Below, in pieces: positions 54,209 through 64,000 of a stretch of 64,000 bases of DNA. The notes under the pieces were generated by a model. The model ran no database searches. It was not told where the DNA came from and worked only from the letters and a program-made list of their open reading frames with translations. The DNA comes from a virus (Duplodnaviria; Caudoviricetes), in IMG/VR virus record IMGVR_UViG_3300015214_000026, positions 32,001-96,000 of that record, one strand, 5' to 3'. The translations under genes were made by a program, and so were the position numbers. Every line of letters begins with the position of its first letter. Position 1 is the first letter of the stretch.

Positions 54209-55459
54209 TTAAGAAAACATACGCTGTAATTCTTCAGCTTTAGTTTTCAATTCATCTACGCCCTTCTTAGCGGTATTGAGATTCTTTACATACGATACAA
54301 CAAGAATTAGAATCATACCAATAAGAATAAGTAACGCTATCTGTACCATAGGATCAAGCTGTAAGAAAGCTTCTACGCCGCTCTGTAAGAAAGCTACAGT
54401 AGAGGCTATAACCCCCATGATAGTAGTCCACAGAGTCTTATTCTGCGTAACCGGCTTATCAAGCTCTTCAAGAGTTTCAGGAACTTCCTGAACTACTACT
54501 TCTTCTATAACTTCTGCCGGCTTTTCCTCAAGAACTACTTCAATTGGTGCTTTGATAACGGTTTCTATCGTATCCAATGTGTTATCAATAGCTTCTCTTG
54601 TTTCCTTACCAATAACACCATCTACTTTAAGATAACCAGTAGATTTCTGGAAAGCTTTGGTAGCTTTAACGGTTTTTGGACCGTTCCATCCATCCGCCTT
54701 ACCAACACTTAGAGATTTATCATTACGATACTCTGAAATCTTATTAAGCTTTTCCTGATAAATAAGAAGAGTAGTATCGGGTTCAGCTGCGGGTTTCTTA
54801 GTAACCGGAGCGGGAGCGGCCTTACCTAGAACCTTCTTAGCTCTGTTAACATAGATAACTCGATCATTAATACCGTTTAAGCCACCATTAATAGCTTTAG
54901 TGGCAGCTCTAATATCGCCAGCTTTGAGATATACTTTCTTAGTATACCAATACCAAACGGCAGACCAGAACGCCCATGGAAATTGCTCAACTAATTCGGG
55001 ATTTTTGACAAAATCCGGACAATTAGGGATAATTGTACGCATCCACTTGGTAAATTCCGTGTAATTGGCTTTACCAGTGATTTGTTTAATACCACGACCT
55101 ATATACAACCAACCGTCATTAGGACCAGTATTACCTAAGCGACCGCCATAAGTATGATTAGCTAATTTCTGTGGGTTATTAGCATAAGGACTAGCTGCCG
55201 CAATATTTTTGTAACGATTAGGCCATACAGCTGTAAGTCTCTTAGCTGAATAATTTAGATTCTCTTTAAGAGTAGTGAAGCCACCAGATTCTAGAGCCGT
55301 CTGCCCTAAAAATTGGGTTATTTCTTCAAAAGACGTAGTAATACGGTATTTTTCACCATGCTCATTAATAAGATAAGCTAATTGAGTGGCTATTGAAGTA
55401 TTAGCTTTACCCTTCGATATCTCAATTAATTGTTGTGGTGTAACTTTATATTTAGACAT
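54209..55459 (-). CDS. endolysin: GH19 domain + peptidoglycan-binding domain + C-terminal TM helices
   Basis: FLGQ..ESGGF..LKENLNYS, DGWLYIGRGIKQITG..NY, AINGGLNG..DR; ADGWNGPKT..A.KAFQ...VDGVIG. Confidence 0.92.
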   Translation of the reverse strand: MSKYKVTPQQLIEISKGKANTSIATQLAYLINEHGEKYRITTSFEEITQFLGQTALESGGFTTLKENLNYSAKRLTAVWPNRYKNIAAASPYANNPQKLANHTYGGRLGNTGPNDGWLYIGRGIKQITGKANYTEFTKWMRTIIPNCPDFVKNPELVEQFPWAFWSAVWYWYTKKVYLKAGDIRAATKAINGGLNGINDRVIYVNRAKKVLGKAAPAPVTKKPAAEPDTTLLIYQEKLNKISEYRNDKSLSVGKADGWNGPKTVKATKAFQKSTGYLKVDGVIGKETREAIDNTLDTIETVIKAPIEVVLEEKPAEVIEEVVVQEVPETLEELDKPVTQNKTLWTTIMGVIASTVAFLQSGVEAFLQLDPMVQIALLILIGMILILVVSYVKNLNTAKKGVDELKTKAEELQRMFS

Positions 55460-55493
55460 ACTATTTCCTTTAATTACTTACTATAATTACTTA

Positions 55494-56489
55494 CTATATA
55501 TCATGTATAATTAATCTTCCTGTAGAACCGCTACCTGAGCCTGATAAACCTCCGTCTCCAGCACCGTCCCTTCTAAAATAATCAGCATTACCGGGAGTAC
55601 GCCGATTACCTGTGTCTAACCATGCGCTAGTAACTAAACTACTATGGACGTATCCCGATCCGCCACCGCCACCGCTTCTATTTCCGCTGTTACCATCTCC
55701 GCCACCGCCGCCGTAATATCCATTACCTCCTCCACCAGACCCAGTACCACCTTTACCTGCTACTAAGGCACCACCGCCGGTGCCTCCATTATTAGGAGTA
55801 AACGGTGGCTCTCCTGCCCATCCTACGTTACCGCCCGCTGTTTGTGTTCCAGGATAACCTCCCCAATTACCACCGCCGCGCTGACCGCTGGATCCCCCAC
55901 CAGCTCCGGGACCGCCATTGACTCCTCCACCACCACCACCACCGGCTATTGCTATAGCGTTGGCTTGAGAAACCGAATTAGAGAAAATCCCTACTAACCC
56001 ACCACCCTGTCCAGCGTTTGTGTTACCGGGTTGACCACCACCATAAGGTTCCTGATAAATCGTGGATGAAAATACACCGGGAGCTCCTACTACTAATACA
56101 TATTGATTACCATCTACTAATGTAAAATTACCCCAAGCGAAACCACCACCCCCACCATGATTATTGTTAGAGGCCGCACCACCGGACCCCCATAAGTTAA
56201 AGCCGACATTCACGTTACTTATAGGTGTAATATACCATATTCCAGGCGTGTTTAAATTAAGTAATCCGTCTGTAGAAAGATTCCAAAAAGTTTTACCACT
56301 AACCGCTGGTGATATATTGAAAGCTTTCAAGGACTTACCATAAAAATCCGAAAAAGAAATAGCACCGCTTGGCTTATTAGCTAAGGATCGCACTAAACTA
56401 TCATTCATAGAAAATGGGTCTGTAGACGCTCGACCTATTTCAATATTTATCATTGAAGCCGTGATATTTCCAGAAACCGGAAGAGCCAT
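55494..56489 (-). CDS. glycine-rich tail adhesin (gp38-like)
   Basis: MALPVSG.I...ISFSDFYGKS N-terminus, poly-Gly motifs. Confidence 0.82.
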   Translation of the reverse strand: MALPVSGNITASMINIEIGRASTDPFSMNDSLVRSLANKPSGAISFSDFYGKSLKAFNISPAVSGKTFWNLSTDGLLNLNTPGIWYITPISNVNVGFNLWGSGGAASNNNHGGGGGFAWGNFTLVDGNQYVLVVGAPGVFSSTIYQEPYGGGQPGNTNAGQGGGLVGIFSNSVSQANAIAIAGGGGGGGVNGGPGAGGGSSGQRGGGNWGGYPGTQTAGGNVGWAGEPPFTPNNGGTGGGALVAGKGGTGSGGGGNGYYGGGGGDGNSGNRSGGGGGSGYVHSSLVTSAWLDTGNRRTPGNADYFRRDGAGDGGLSGSGSGSTGRLIIHDI

Positions 56490-58471
56490 TATTTGATCCT
56501 CTTGAGAGTTTCCACTTCGGCCTTCAGCTCCTTTATCGCCTCTATCAGAACTCCAACGAGGTTCCCATAAGAAACTGTTAGGTACTCTCCGGACTTTCCG
56601 ACGACCTCCGGGATCACCTTCTGTACTTCTTGGGCTATTACGCCAACTCCCCTCTTGTCATCCTTGGTGTAGTAGACTCCTCTGAGGTTGGATACCTTAT
56701 CCAAGGCGCTCTCTATGGTCTCGACGTTGGACTTTAGTTGCCCGTCGGAGTAAGCACCGACGTCGCCAGTAGCAGTTATGTTTCCTGTCACTGATAGGGC
56801 TGTCGTCGACAACTCCATCCTAGTTGTGCCGGTAGAAACCGAGGTCGAACCAGTTCTCCACCTAAAATTGGAGGCGGACCAATGAGTTAAGGTGGTAGAT
56901 TCTATTCCTACGCCGTAGGTATTACTGTAGTACCTAATTTTATCAGTTGCTTCATTACTGAACTGTACTACGGCGTTGGCGCCCATAGTTCCACCAGATA
57001 ACTGTAAATATCTAGCGTCTTGTTCTGCCTGAGCTAGTTGAAGCTTATACCAACCAGTCCATGTACCATTTTTTCTATGTCTACGGTAGGCTACAGTATT
57101 AGTGTCTGAAGCGTCAGTAAAAGAATGAACAGTTTGAGTTACCCACAAACTAGGAATATGTGTTTCGACGTTGCCGATAAACCAAATACTCGGAAGTGGG
57201 GCGTTTGTAGCATCAGACCCCATGTACCAACCATTTTCTATAGCGTCGTCCCAACTAGTAATACCATAACCAGCTGGGCCTAATCTGTAGGAAGTAACAG
57301 GAGTTAGGGCGGCGGTTAATCCGCTAACTGTGGATATCGCCTGAGAGCCTGTATGATTAGCTCTATTAAGAAGGTAGGCGTCTGTTTGGTTTGCGGTCGC
57401 AGCTGTAGCTATACCATTGAGTTTAATTTTATCAGTGGAAGACATAAGACCGTTAGCGGACGTTGTAGCTATTCCCGCTGAAACCTGTTCTGTCCAAGCT
57501 CCCCACACAGTTGAGCTAGTAGCTCTTCGAATCCATCTATTACCTGTTGATCCTGTCAATATTTGATAACAATAAACATAGTCAGAACTTGATAAAGTAT
57601 AGCCTTCAACAGTACCATATCCTACACCCACAACAGAAGTCCAAGAGGCTGGAAATTGGATAGGCCCACCAGTAGAAGTAGCTAATCTATAAAAACCAAT
57701 ATGGTTTAAAGCGGTATAAAAAGCAGCTGGCGTAAGATCACCACCAGATATGTCTAAAGTAATAATAGGCTGGCCACCACCTTGAGTTTGAGGTAGTTTT
57801 CCGTTACTATCTAACGAGGCGATACCATTAGCAATGCCTATAGATGCGGTATTAGCTTTTGAATTTAAAGCCGCCTGTAATCCGTCTACAGTAGAGATAG
57901 CTTGCGTATTAGTATGATTTCCTCTATCTAATAGGTAAGAATTGGATTGGTTATTTGTAGCCCCTGTAGCTATTCCATTAAGTTTAGTCTTATCCGCAGC
58001 AGACATAAAACCACTTACAGAAGTGGTAGCATTATCATGAATATGATCGCCAGCGGCTACATTTCCAGAATCAAGGCCTATAGATGCAAAGGCAGCATTA
58101 CCTAGACTAGGCTTATTTAGTATTTGAGCAGGACCAGATATAGCTTCCCAATCAGGATTAACTAAATCAGGTGTTAACGGTCCAGTAGTTACATCATAGC
58201 TAGTTAAATCTTCATATGTAAATCTAATAGTAACTTCACCGTCTACAGAAGTGTCTATAACTTCTACATCGGTTAATCTCGCTGAAGATTCCGATACTAT
58301 TACCCAATAGTCTTCATCAGTAGGAGGAGTACCGAGCGGGGGAATCTCCACCGCTCGATAAGATGCCCCAAAATAGAATACTTCGTCCATTACCCGATAT
58401 TGTACATCAGGATCGTATCCGCCTCTATGATTTGGAACTATTTTACCTAAATTTTGAGTAATTTGTGACAT
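56489..58471 (-). CDS. tail fibre with knob domains and C-terminal S74-type intramolecular chaperone
   Basis: repeated G.MS..DK.KLNGIA..AT.NQ...YLL.R.NHT module; YSD..LK.N.....SALDKV...GVIAQEV. Confidence 0.9.
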   Translation of the reverse strand: MSQITQNLGKIVPNHRGGYDPDVQYRVMDEVFYFGASYRAVEIPPLGTPPTDEDYWVIVSESSARLTDVEVIDTSVDGEVTIRFTYEDLTSYDVTTGPLTPDLVNPDWEAISGPAQILNKPSLGNAAFASIGLDSGNVAAGDHIHDNATTSVSGFMSAADKTKLNGIATGATNNQSNSYLLDRGNHTNTQAISTVDGLQAALNSKANTASIGIANGIASLDSNGKLPQTQGGGQPIITLDISGGDLTPAAFYTALNHIGFYRLATSTGGPIQFPASWTSVVGVGYGTVEGYTLSSSDYVYCYQILTGSTGNRWIRRATSSTVWGAWTEQVSAGIATTSANGLMSSTDKIKLNGIATAATANQTDAYLLNRANHTGSQAISTVSGLTAALTPVTSYRLGPAGYGITSWDDAIENGWYMGSDATNAPLPSIWFIGNVETHIPSLWVTQTVHSFTDASDTNTVAYRRHRKNGTWTGWYKLQLAQAEQDARYLQLSGGTMGANAVVQFSNEATDKIRYYSNTYGVGIESTTLTHWSASNFRWRTGSTSVSTGTTRMELSTTALSVTGNITATGDVGAYSDGQLKSNVETIESALDKVSNLRGVYYTKDDKRGVGVIAQEVQKVIPEVVGKSGEYLTVSYGNLVGVLIEAIKELKAEVETLKRIK

Positions 58472-58643
58472 TATTAATATCTCGGTTTAAAATCATGAAC
58501 GAAATGGATACATTCTACCCGCTGGAATAGGTTCAATTCTAGCTGATGAAAATACACTTTCATCAATATCTGGAGCATGGTATATCACGGCATCAGCACG
58601 CCCCTCATAGGGTAGCCTAATCCAAGCTCATGGCTGGTTGTTG

Positions 58644-59027
58644 CTACGCAGCCTCCCCGGTGACGTGCTGCAAGTCGTTTGCTGCTAACACAATATCAAA
58701 ATGGCCCATCATTTCTCCGGCGCCGCGAACATCGATGATCTGCGCTGCCAACACGTCAGCAACGTCCTGTGCTGTGACGCCGAACTCATCCAGTGGGAAA
58801 TCTGGCGGCAGGTGCCCATCGCCAGCTGCTGCCAGGATATAAACGAATTCCGGCTTTGCTGTTGTCCGGCAACCGTAGTGGGTGACGGTTTCGCCATCGC
58901 TGGACAGAGGCACGGAGAACGTATTGCCGGGCAGCACATCATGTCCAAGAGCACATGACAGGCGGTTCGCTTTGTCCTGTAGGTGTGCAGGCACGATCAG
59001 GACGATTGAGAGGTTCCAGTCGGTCAT
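58644..59027 (-). CDS. tail-associated hypothetical protein (GC-rich cassette)
   Basis: GGAGG RBS, ATGA coupling. Confidence 0.72.
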   Translation of the reverse strand: MTDWNLSIVLIVPAHLQDKANRLSCALGHDVLPGNTFSVPLSSDGETVTHYGCRTTAKPEFVYILAAAGDGHLPPDFPLDEFGVTAQDVADVLAAQIIDVRGAGEMMGHFDIVLAANDLQHVTGEAA

Positions 59028-60316
59028 GTCCAGTCCTCCTGTGCGCGAAGTTCTCGGAACGAGATATTGTCGAATGAAACCGTGCCAGAATTTCCCGCTA
59101 CACGTAAAAGGAAGGGTGAGTTGCCCGTTGCAGCAGCTCTACGTACTGTACGAGTCGTACCAATAGGACCGTTGAAACTAGTAACATTGGTAAACTGGAC
59201 ATAAGAGCCTGTTGGGCCTGAATTATCAAATGACAGCAGATATGTAGACCCTTCCTCTATCGGCACACTTTGTGTGATCGCACCATAGTTTGAGCCGTTG
59301 GTAGATGTAATTATAGCTCTGCCATCAGAAACCGAAACGCTGCCCGTCCCTTCGCTCGTCACCGACCAGCCATCAAGTCCATCTGAGAAATCACCGTTGA
59401 CTATTTTCTCCGGCCCCTCGACAAGCAGCCCCTTTGCACCCTTACCCTTGTAATACGCGACAAGCAGCCTGCGTTCTGTCGCCGAAAGGGTACGGTCGAT
59501 CAGCACCATACCGACGATATCGCCGAGAGCATGGAATAGGCCCGGTGTCCCGCCAGTGTATGTCGTCGGTCCGATGGTCAGCGTATCGCCGGAGAACGGC
59601 TCGATGATTGTGCCGCCCGTTCCTGCGATTAGAATGTCACCGGTGATTGCTTGGGGCAATACGGTGGTCAGTGCGTCGTCAACCAAGTCGAAACGCAAAC
59701 CTAGATTGCCCGAAACATCTAAAAGCGTCGGACGTGCTGCGGCTGTAGGCTGGGAGAGTGGGGGATTGATGACTTCTTTGATGGAGCCGATCTCAAAGTA
59801 AAACGTATCGCCGACAGAGCTAGTCGAGTATAGATCAACATTTCCACTGGCACCTGCGGGAACCACACCAGCCACGTTGCCTGATTCTCCATTCCCCAAC
59901 ACAATAACGTTGCCAGCGATAGCGAACCGAATGGTTCTTCCATTAGCGTTTCCCGACCATGCTACGCTGTATCGGTACAATTTACCCGTCTGCCATGTTC
60001 CCGGCTGCCTAACTCCAGCAGTAGAAACGCTTGTAGTCGTGATATTCCACCCGTTTCCGCTTCGCGTGCCTGTCGCAAGCACAAGACTTTGTGTGAGAAC
60101 GTCAGACAACTCCGGCCCCAACTCCTGCCGCGCGTCCAACACCAACCGAACTGGATCACCCGGAAGCGCAGGTGTTGTGCCGTTCGCGTCTTGGAAGAGC
60201 GTGTCCAAAGCGGACGGATCGTATAAGCCACCCCCCAGCCCCGTCGCGCCGAATATCGCAGCAGCAACGTCCCATGCGAATGGTGCAGGACGATTGACAT
60301 ATGGGATCATATTCAT
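59024..60316 (-). CDS. receptor-binding/tail protein with inserted carbohydrate-binding-like domains
   Basis: YDPS.LDTLFQD..G...GDPV.L, QPTAAARP, LRFDLVDD, VNGDFSDG..GW. Confidence 0.75.
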   Translation of the reverse strand: MNMIPYVNRPAPFAWDVAAAIFGATGLGGGLYDPSALDTLFQDANGTTPALPGDPVRLVLDARQELGPELSDVLTQSLVLATGTRSGNGWNITTTSVSTAGVRQPGTWQTGKLYRYSVAWSGNANGRTIRFAIAGNVIVLGNGESGNVAGVVPAGASGNVDLYSTSSVGDTFYFEIGSIKEVINPPLSQPTAAARPTLLDVSGNLGLRFDLVDDALTTVLPQAITGDILIAGTGGTIIEPFSGDTLTIGPTTYTGGTPGLFHALGDIVGMVLIDRTLSATERRLLVAYYKGKGAKGLLVEGPEKIVNGDFSDGLDGWSVTSEGTGSVSVSDGRAIITSTNGSNYGAITQSVPIEEGSTYLLSFDNSGPTGSYVQFTNVTSFNGPIGTTRTVRRAAATGNSPFLLRVAGNSGTVSFDNISFRELRAQEDWT

Positions 60317-62052
60317 GCCACCGCTCCATAGAGTTTGACGAACAGCTCACGAACCCCGGCTGATGCAGTCACCATGAAACTCAGATCGTCGGTAGACGTG
60401 ACGGCAATCGACAGGTCGTCAATTGCAACAGGCGTGTCCTGCTCAACCAGCACTGGTCCATGAACCGCAACACCGCCGACCATGACGATTATTGACGCCT
60501 CACTACCCGGATCGCCGTTGATAATCTCGGCATAGATGTCGGTCTGAACACTCGGCGATGTCGCCCGCCGCTCCGCGTAATAGCCACCGGACTCAATCCC
60601 GTTCTCATTATAGATCGAGACGCTGTAGCCAATCAGTGTGGCGTTCTGTGCAGCTGTTGCACTGTTGGCAGCATCGAGCGCGTGTTCGCGGGCTGATTTT
60701 GTACCGGGACCGCCGGGTTCTGTGCCTGTTGCGTATGCCTGCGAGGCGTCACGTGCATCAGCAGCATCACTGGCAGCCTGTGGCGCAGCCTGAATATCTG
60801 GGAGGTTGGCAACAGCAGTCTGAACATCACCAACAGCAGGGGCGAGCGTCTGAACGTCAACTGCAACGCTGGCAACGGCCTGCACCTCAGTACTGATAGC
60901 GGCAACGGTAACAATCTCGGCAGCAATCCCGGCGACTGTTGAAACGTCCGCCACATCAGAGCCGAGCGCGACTACCTGCCAGACTGTTTCCCAATCTACG
61001 CCAGTTCCCGGCTCTGTCTCAGGCGCTGCAATATGTTCGTACAGCGCACGATAACTGGTCCCGTCATGCTCCAGCGCCTGATTGCGCTGATATTGCGCAT
61101 CCAGCGCCCATCCGGTGTCGATCCAGACCAGCCCGTCGCGTCCTGTAAAATAGGCTGGCCCTACCCAGTCGCCAATTCCGGAACCTCTCATGTATACGGC
61201 AGCTCTACCATCTCCATTGTCTGATACTAATACGGAAAAACCTTCGTCTTCTGTATCATAAGCGTCTCTATCCGATAAATTATCAACTTGAACAGAATAG
61301 GTTCCACCAAGAGCGTAAGAATAAACTAAAGTCCAATGATTTGTGTCTATAGGTAAAATGTTAATAACTGGGTCAGAATCTGTTTTTACTCTATACAGTT
61401 TATTATTATAGCTTACTTCGTCTAAACTGTGGTAATAAATACCTCCCTGATATTCGCCCCTAGCTCTAACAAGTATTTTACCTAAATCAGTATGTATGGT
61501 AGTGCCATTTATAGCGGCATATTCAATAATTAAATGTCCGTCATCATCTATAGAGCCAGTAATTGGCCCCATAGTGTCGTCTTGATTAAGAACATTCATC
61601 ATTAAGTTACCATTCTCGATAGAGAATGATATAACTGGACCGCTAGCGTCAGAGCCTTTTTTACCCCTGACATTCGTAGCTAGAGCGGGATTAGTAGTAA
61701 ATCCAGTATTAGAAACATAAACAGGAAATTCTGGTTTATCCCCGGCTCCACCTACCCAATCTTTTATTAATAGAAGTTCTCTATCGCCATTCGCTTCTGT
61801 AGTTATAACTGGTGTCCAGCCATCAACACCACGCTTAGCAAGAACTTCTAGAACTTCTTCACTTAAAGTAAGCTCTTTAAGATTAGAAAGATCAAAAGTT
61901 TCAGATTTATCTGTTATAATTTTTGGTGGGCTAGAGGTATCATCACCTATTCTAGCATTCTTAGTATCGGTATCATACCCAAACTCACCCGGTCTTAATT
62001 GAGGAGTTTGCGCTGATGTACCTATTCTGGATACTATTCTTACAGCGGTCAT
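60313..62052 (-). CDS. chimeric tail fibre protein
   Basis: GEFGYDTDT...IGD N-terminus, G.DGWTP, CBM5-like YRALYEH; AT-rich 5' part, GC-rich 3' part. Confidence 0.82.
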   Translation of the reverse strand: MTAVRIVSRIGTSAQTPQLRPGEFGYDTDTKNARIGDDTSSPPKIITDKSETFDLSNLKELTLSEEVLEVLAKRGVDGWTPVITTEANGDRELLLIKDWVGGAGDKPEFPVYVSNTGFTTNPALATNVRGKKGSDASGPVISFSIENGNLMMNVLNQDDTMGPITGSIDDDGHLIIEYAAINGTTIHTDLGKILVRARGEYQGGIYYHSLDEVSYNNKLYRVKTDSDPVINILPIDTNHWTLVYSYALGGTYSVQVDNLSDRDAYDTEDEGFSVLVSDNGDGRAAVYMRGSGIGDWVGPAYFTGRDGLVWIDTGWALDAQYQRNQALEHDGTSYRALYEHIAAPETEPGTGVDWETVWQVVALGSDVADVSTVAGIAAEIVTVAAISTEVQAVASVAVDVQTLAPAVGDVQTAVANLPDIQAAPQAASDAADARDASQAYATGTEPGGPGTKSAREHALDAANSATAAQNATLIGYSVSIYNENGIESGGYYAERRATSPSVQTDIYAEIINGDPGSEASIIVMVGGVAVHGPVLVEQDTPVAIDDLSIAVTSTDDLSFMVTASAGVRELFVKLYGAVA

Positions 62053-62063
62053 TAGGCTTTACC

Positions 62064-62660
62064 TCAATCGTGACCTTCAACTTTATTAGGTAATGGCCAA
62101 CCTTCTGATACAGCAGCCACATAAGTTTCAATTATCTTAGATAAATTCTTTTCTTTCTTAAATTCTTTATCGAATAGAGCAAGAATTTCCATTTCCCTAT
62201 CGTAGCAAATCTGAATATGAGTTGTTATAAGTAACTTAATAGCCTTTAAATCTTCTAAGTTAAGAGTGGTATAACCTGTAAAAGATTTAAAATTTACAGT
62301 ATATTTTTCAGGTTTGTCAGATTGCTGAGCGTCAAAAATCTTTTCTGTTAAAGCACTAGATACATCATTATTAGTTAAATACTCAAAATCTTTATAGGTA
62401 ACTTTAAAGTTTTGAGCAATATATCTAATAGTAGCTAAATCCGCCTTCAATTGATCTAAAAGATACTCTTTAGAAGGTGGAACAACTTTATTATTCTCTA
62501 CTATATAGTCCTGATTTACATACTCAGTAAAACAAGAATCAGCCTCTACCCATTCAAAATTTTCAGAAGTTTCACCTTCTGGCTTATCGTCTCTAACTTC
62601 TTGAGGAGCGCCGTTAAAAACACCTACCCAAACCATCACGTATTCTCCTAAATCCACCAA
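62064..62660 (-). CDS. tail fibre assembly protein (DUF4376-like)
   Basis: LA.IRY...VNFKS..GY..L...HIQ.CY.RE...GWP; exact start uncertain. Confidence 0.7.
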   Translation of the reverse strand: MVDLGEYVMVWVGVFNGAPQEVRDDKPEGETSENFEWVEADSCFTEYVNQDYIVENNKVVPPSKEYLLDQLKADLATIRYIAQNFKVTYKDFEYLTNNDVSSALTEKIFDAQQSDKPEKYTVNFKSFTGYTTLNLEDLKAIKLLITTHIQICYDREMEILALFDKEFKKEKNLSKIIETYVAAVSEGWPLPNKVEGHD

Positions 62661-62849
62661 ACTTTTTCTTTATCGGGGTAGCTATACACTGCTATAGCTA
62701 TAGGATTTGCTTCCAAATCACATACCATTTTATAATAATTAATGGCTTCTTCTACAGCTCCAGTAACACCTACTCCCTTTATTATTACATTTGCGGTTCC
62801 TGTGGGAAGTTGTAAAGTAACTTCCCACAGGTTATATTTAAATCGTGGT

Positions 62850-64000
62850 TTAATCGGATTGGTTCGGATAAGACCGTCCCGGACCCCATATAATTCGGAC
62901 ACCGCCGTTGCCACCAAGTCCGAAAGTGGCACCGTTTCTGGAGCCTCCACCGCCGCCGCATACACCGCCATTTGGACGGCCAGAGCCAGCGCCGGGGGCT
63001 GAGCTATTTGTACCACCAGAACCTCCTAAACCACGACGATTGTTATTACCACCGTTAGCGCCTTGCTTTATAAGACCGACACCGCCTCCGCCGCCAGATA
63101 AACTACTGGAAGGAGAATGAAGCCCGTGCGATCCACCGCCTCCGCCGCCACCGGAGCCATTTCTATTGCTATAATGACCAGTACCACCATTACCTGTATA
63201 ACCAGCAGCACCACCGCCAGCGCCGGTACGACGGTCATCCGCTAAACGAGCGGGTCCACCATTACCGCCTCCGCCAGAACCACCAAACAGATTACCACCG
63301 CCACCTTGAGCAGTACCACTAAGGACACCATGCGATCCACCATCCCCCCGTAGCATATTCTGTATGGTTGAAGCCTGTCCCGGACCACCAACTACTATTG
63401 GTATTTGCGAGCCTGGCGTAACCGGAATGTTATTTCTCCAACGAAGTCCAGCTCCAGCCCCGCCTGTACCATTAGAACCCCAAGCTCCCGGAGAGAATCC
63501 TGCTCCAGAATATCCATTACCACCGCCACCTACGCATACGGCGCATATAGAAAACACACCGTCAGGAACAGTAAAGGTATACGTGCCAGGAACTGTATAA
63601 ACCTGCTGACCAGTAACAGTTGGTGTAGTAAATGAAATCGAAGCAGACCAATTACTATGCCCGTATAACGTACCTTTATGTCTAGCTCTAGCGAACAGAG
63701 TGGAGCCAGGAGGTAGACCTACGCCAGTAATCTGTACTTTATTGGTAGTATTATCCGTAGAACTCCATATAAGGGTTCCAGCGCCATCATTTGTAGTACG
63801 AATTTCCCAATCTGTACTTTCATGGCTATCATTGGCGCCTGACGTAATGCCAAAAGCTGTTGTTCTAAGCACTACGGTAGTACCAGTTACATTTGAAGTT
63901 GTAACCGTAGGTGTAAGAATATTAACTACAATGGTTGTAAATTCAATTGAAGCCGACCAATTAGACCAGCCCGAGTTTAACCCTCTATGTCTAGCTCTTA
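62850..64000 (-). CDS. glycine-rich tail protein with FN3-like repeats, partial (frame open to window end)
   Basis: RARH.G...SNWSASI.FTT occurs twice; YTVPGTYTFTVP..V....VGGGG; G.GG.GGVRIIWG. Confidence 0.85.
   Translation of the reverse strand, partial: RARHRGLNSGWSNWSASIEFTTIVVNILTPTVTTSNVTGTTVVLRTTAFGITSGANDSHESTDWEIRTTNDGAGTLIWSSTDNTTNKVQITGVGLPPGSTLFARARHKGTLYGHSNWSASISFTTPTVTGQQVYTVPGTYTFTVPDGVFSICAVCVGGGGNGYSGAGFSPGAWGSNGTGGAGAGLRWRNNIPVTPGSQIPIVVGGPGQASTIQNMLRGDGGSHGVLSGTAQGGGGNLFGGSGGGGNGGPARLADDRRTGAGGGAAGYTGNGGTGHYSNRNGSGGGGGGGSHGLHSPSSSLSGGGGGVGLIKQGANGGNNNRRGLGGSGGTNSSAPGAGSGRPNGGVCGGGGGSRNGATFGLGGNGGVRIIWGPGRSYPNQSD

Noticed and set aside
57310-58035. Diversity-generating retroelement template/variable repeat in the tail fibre
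   Set aside because: The duplicated module is an ordinary protein repeat with non-adenine-specific divergence; no reverse transcriptase in the window
62648-63016. 122-aa ORF overlapping the Gly-rich tail gene
   Set aside because: The 5' half is a frame shadow; the 3' part (62648-62850) may be a real small gene but has no clear start codon
1-64000. Alternative genetic code (stop reassignment)
   Set aside because: Long genes are intact under code 11, all three stops terminate genes, and no suppressor tRNA is seen

Overview
A 64-kb segment of a large lytic tailed phage (PAAR spike, tail fibres, GH19 endolysin, spanins). The host is probably an alphaproteobacterium, inferred from an EcfG-like sigma factor, GANTC/GcrA-type promoter motifs and GC-rich host-like inserts. 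Layout: 1-12.7 kb (minus) holds queD/queE, dCTP deaminase, ThyA, an ECF sigma, a ParB-like protein, NYN and a DnaX-like clamp loader. 12.7-14.4 kb is a sigma70-driven RNA cluster with three tRNAs, an HNH gene inside a split tRNA, and tiled structured ncRNA domains. 14.4-17.8 kb holds an ATP-grasp gene and a Nop-domain (IS110-related, RuvC-less, TasA-like) gene. That gene is bracketed by two degenerate ~36-nt-period dual-repeat arrays, making this a TIGR-Tas-like RNA-guided locus and the top finding. 18-40 kb is a GC-richer, divergently transcribed early region of small genes with near-consensus sigma70 promoters and a strong excess of AACGTT. 41-51.7 kb (plus) holds replication genes (DHFR, beta clamp, PolA, second ATP-grasp, dNMP kinase, Nudix). 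51.6-64 kb (minus) holds lysis genes and mosaic tail-fibre genes. All calls come from reading motifs by eye; no database searches were run.
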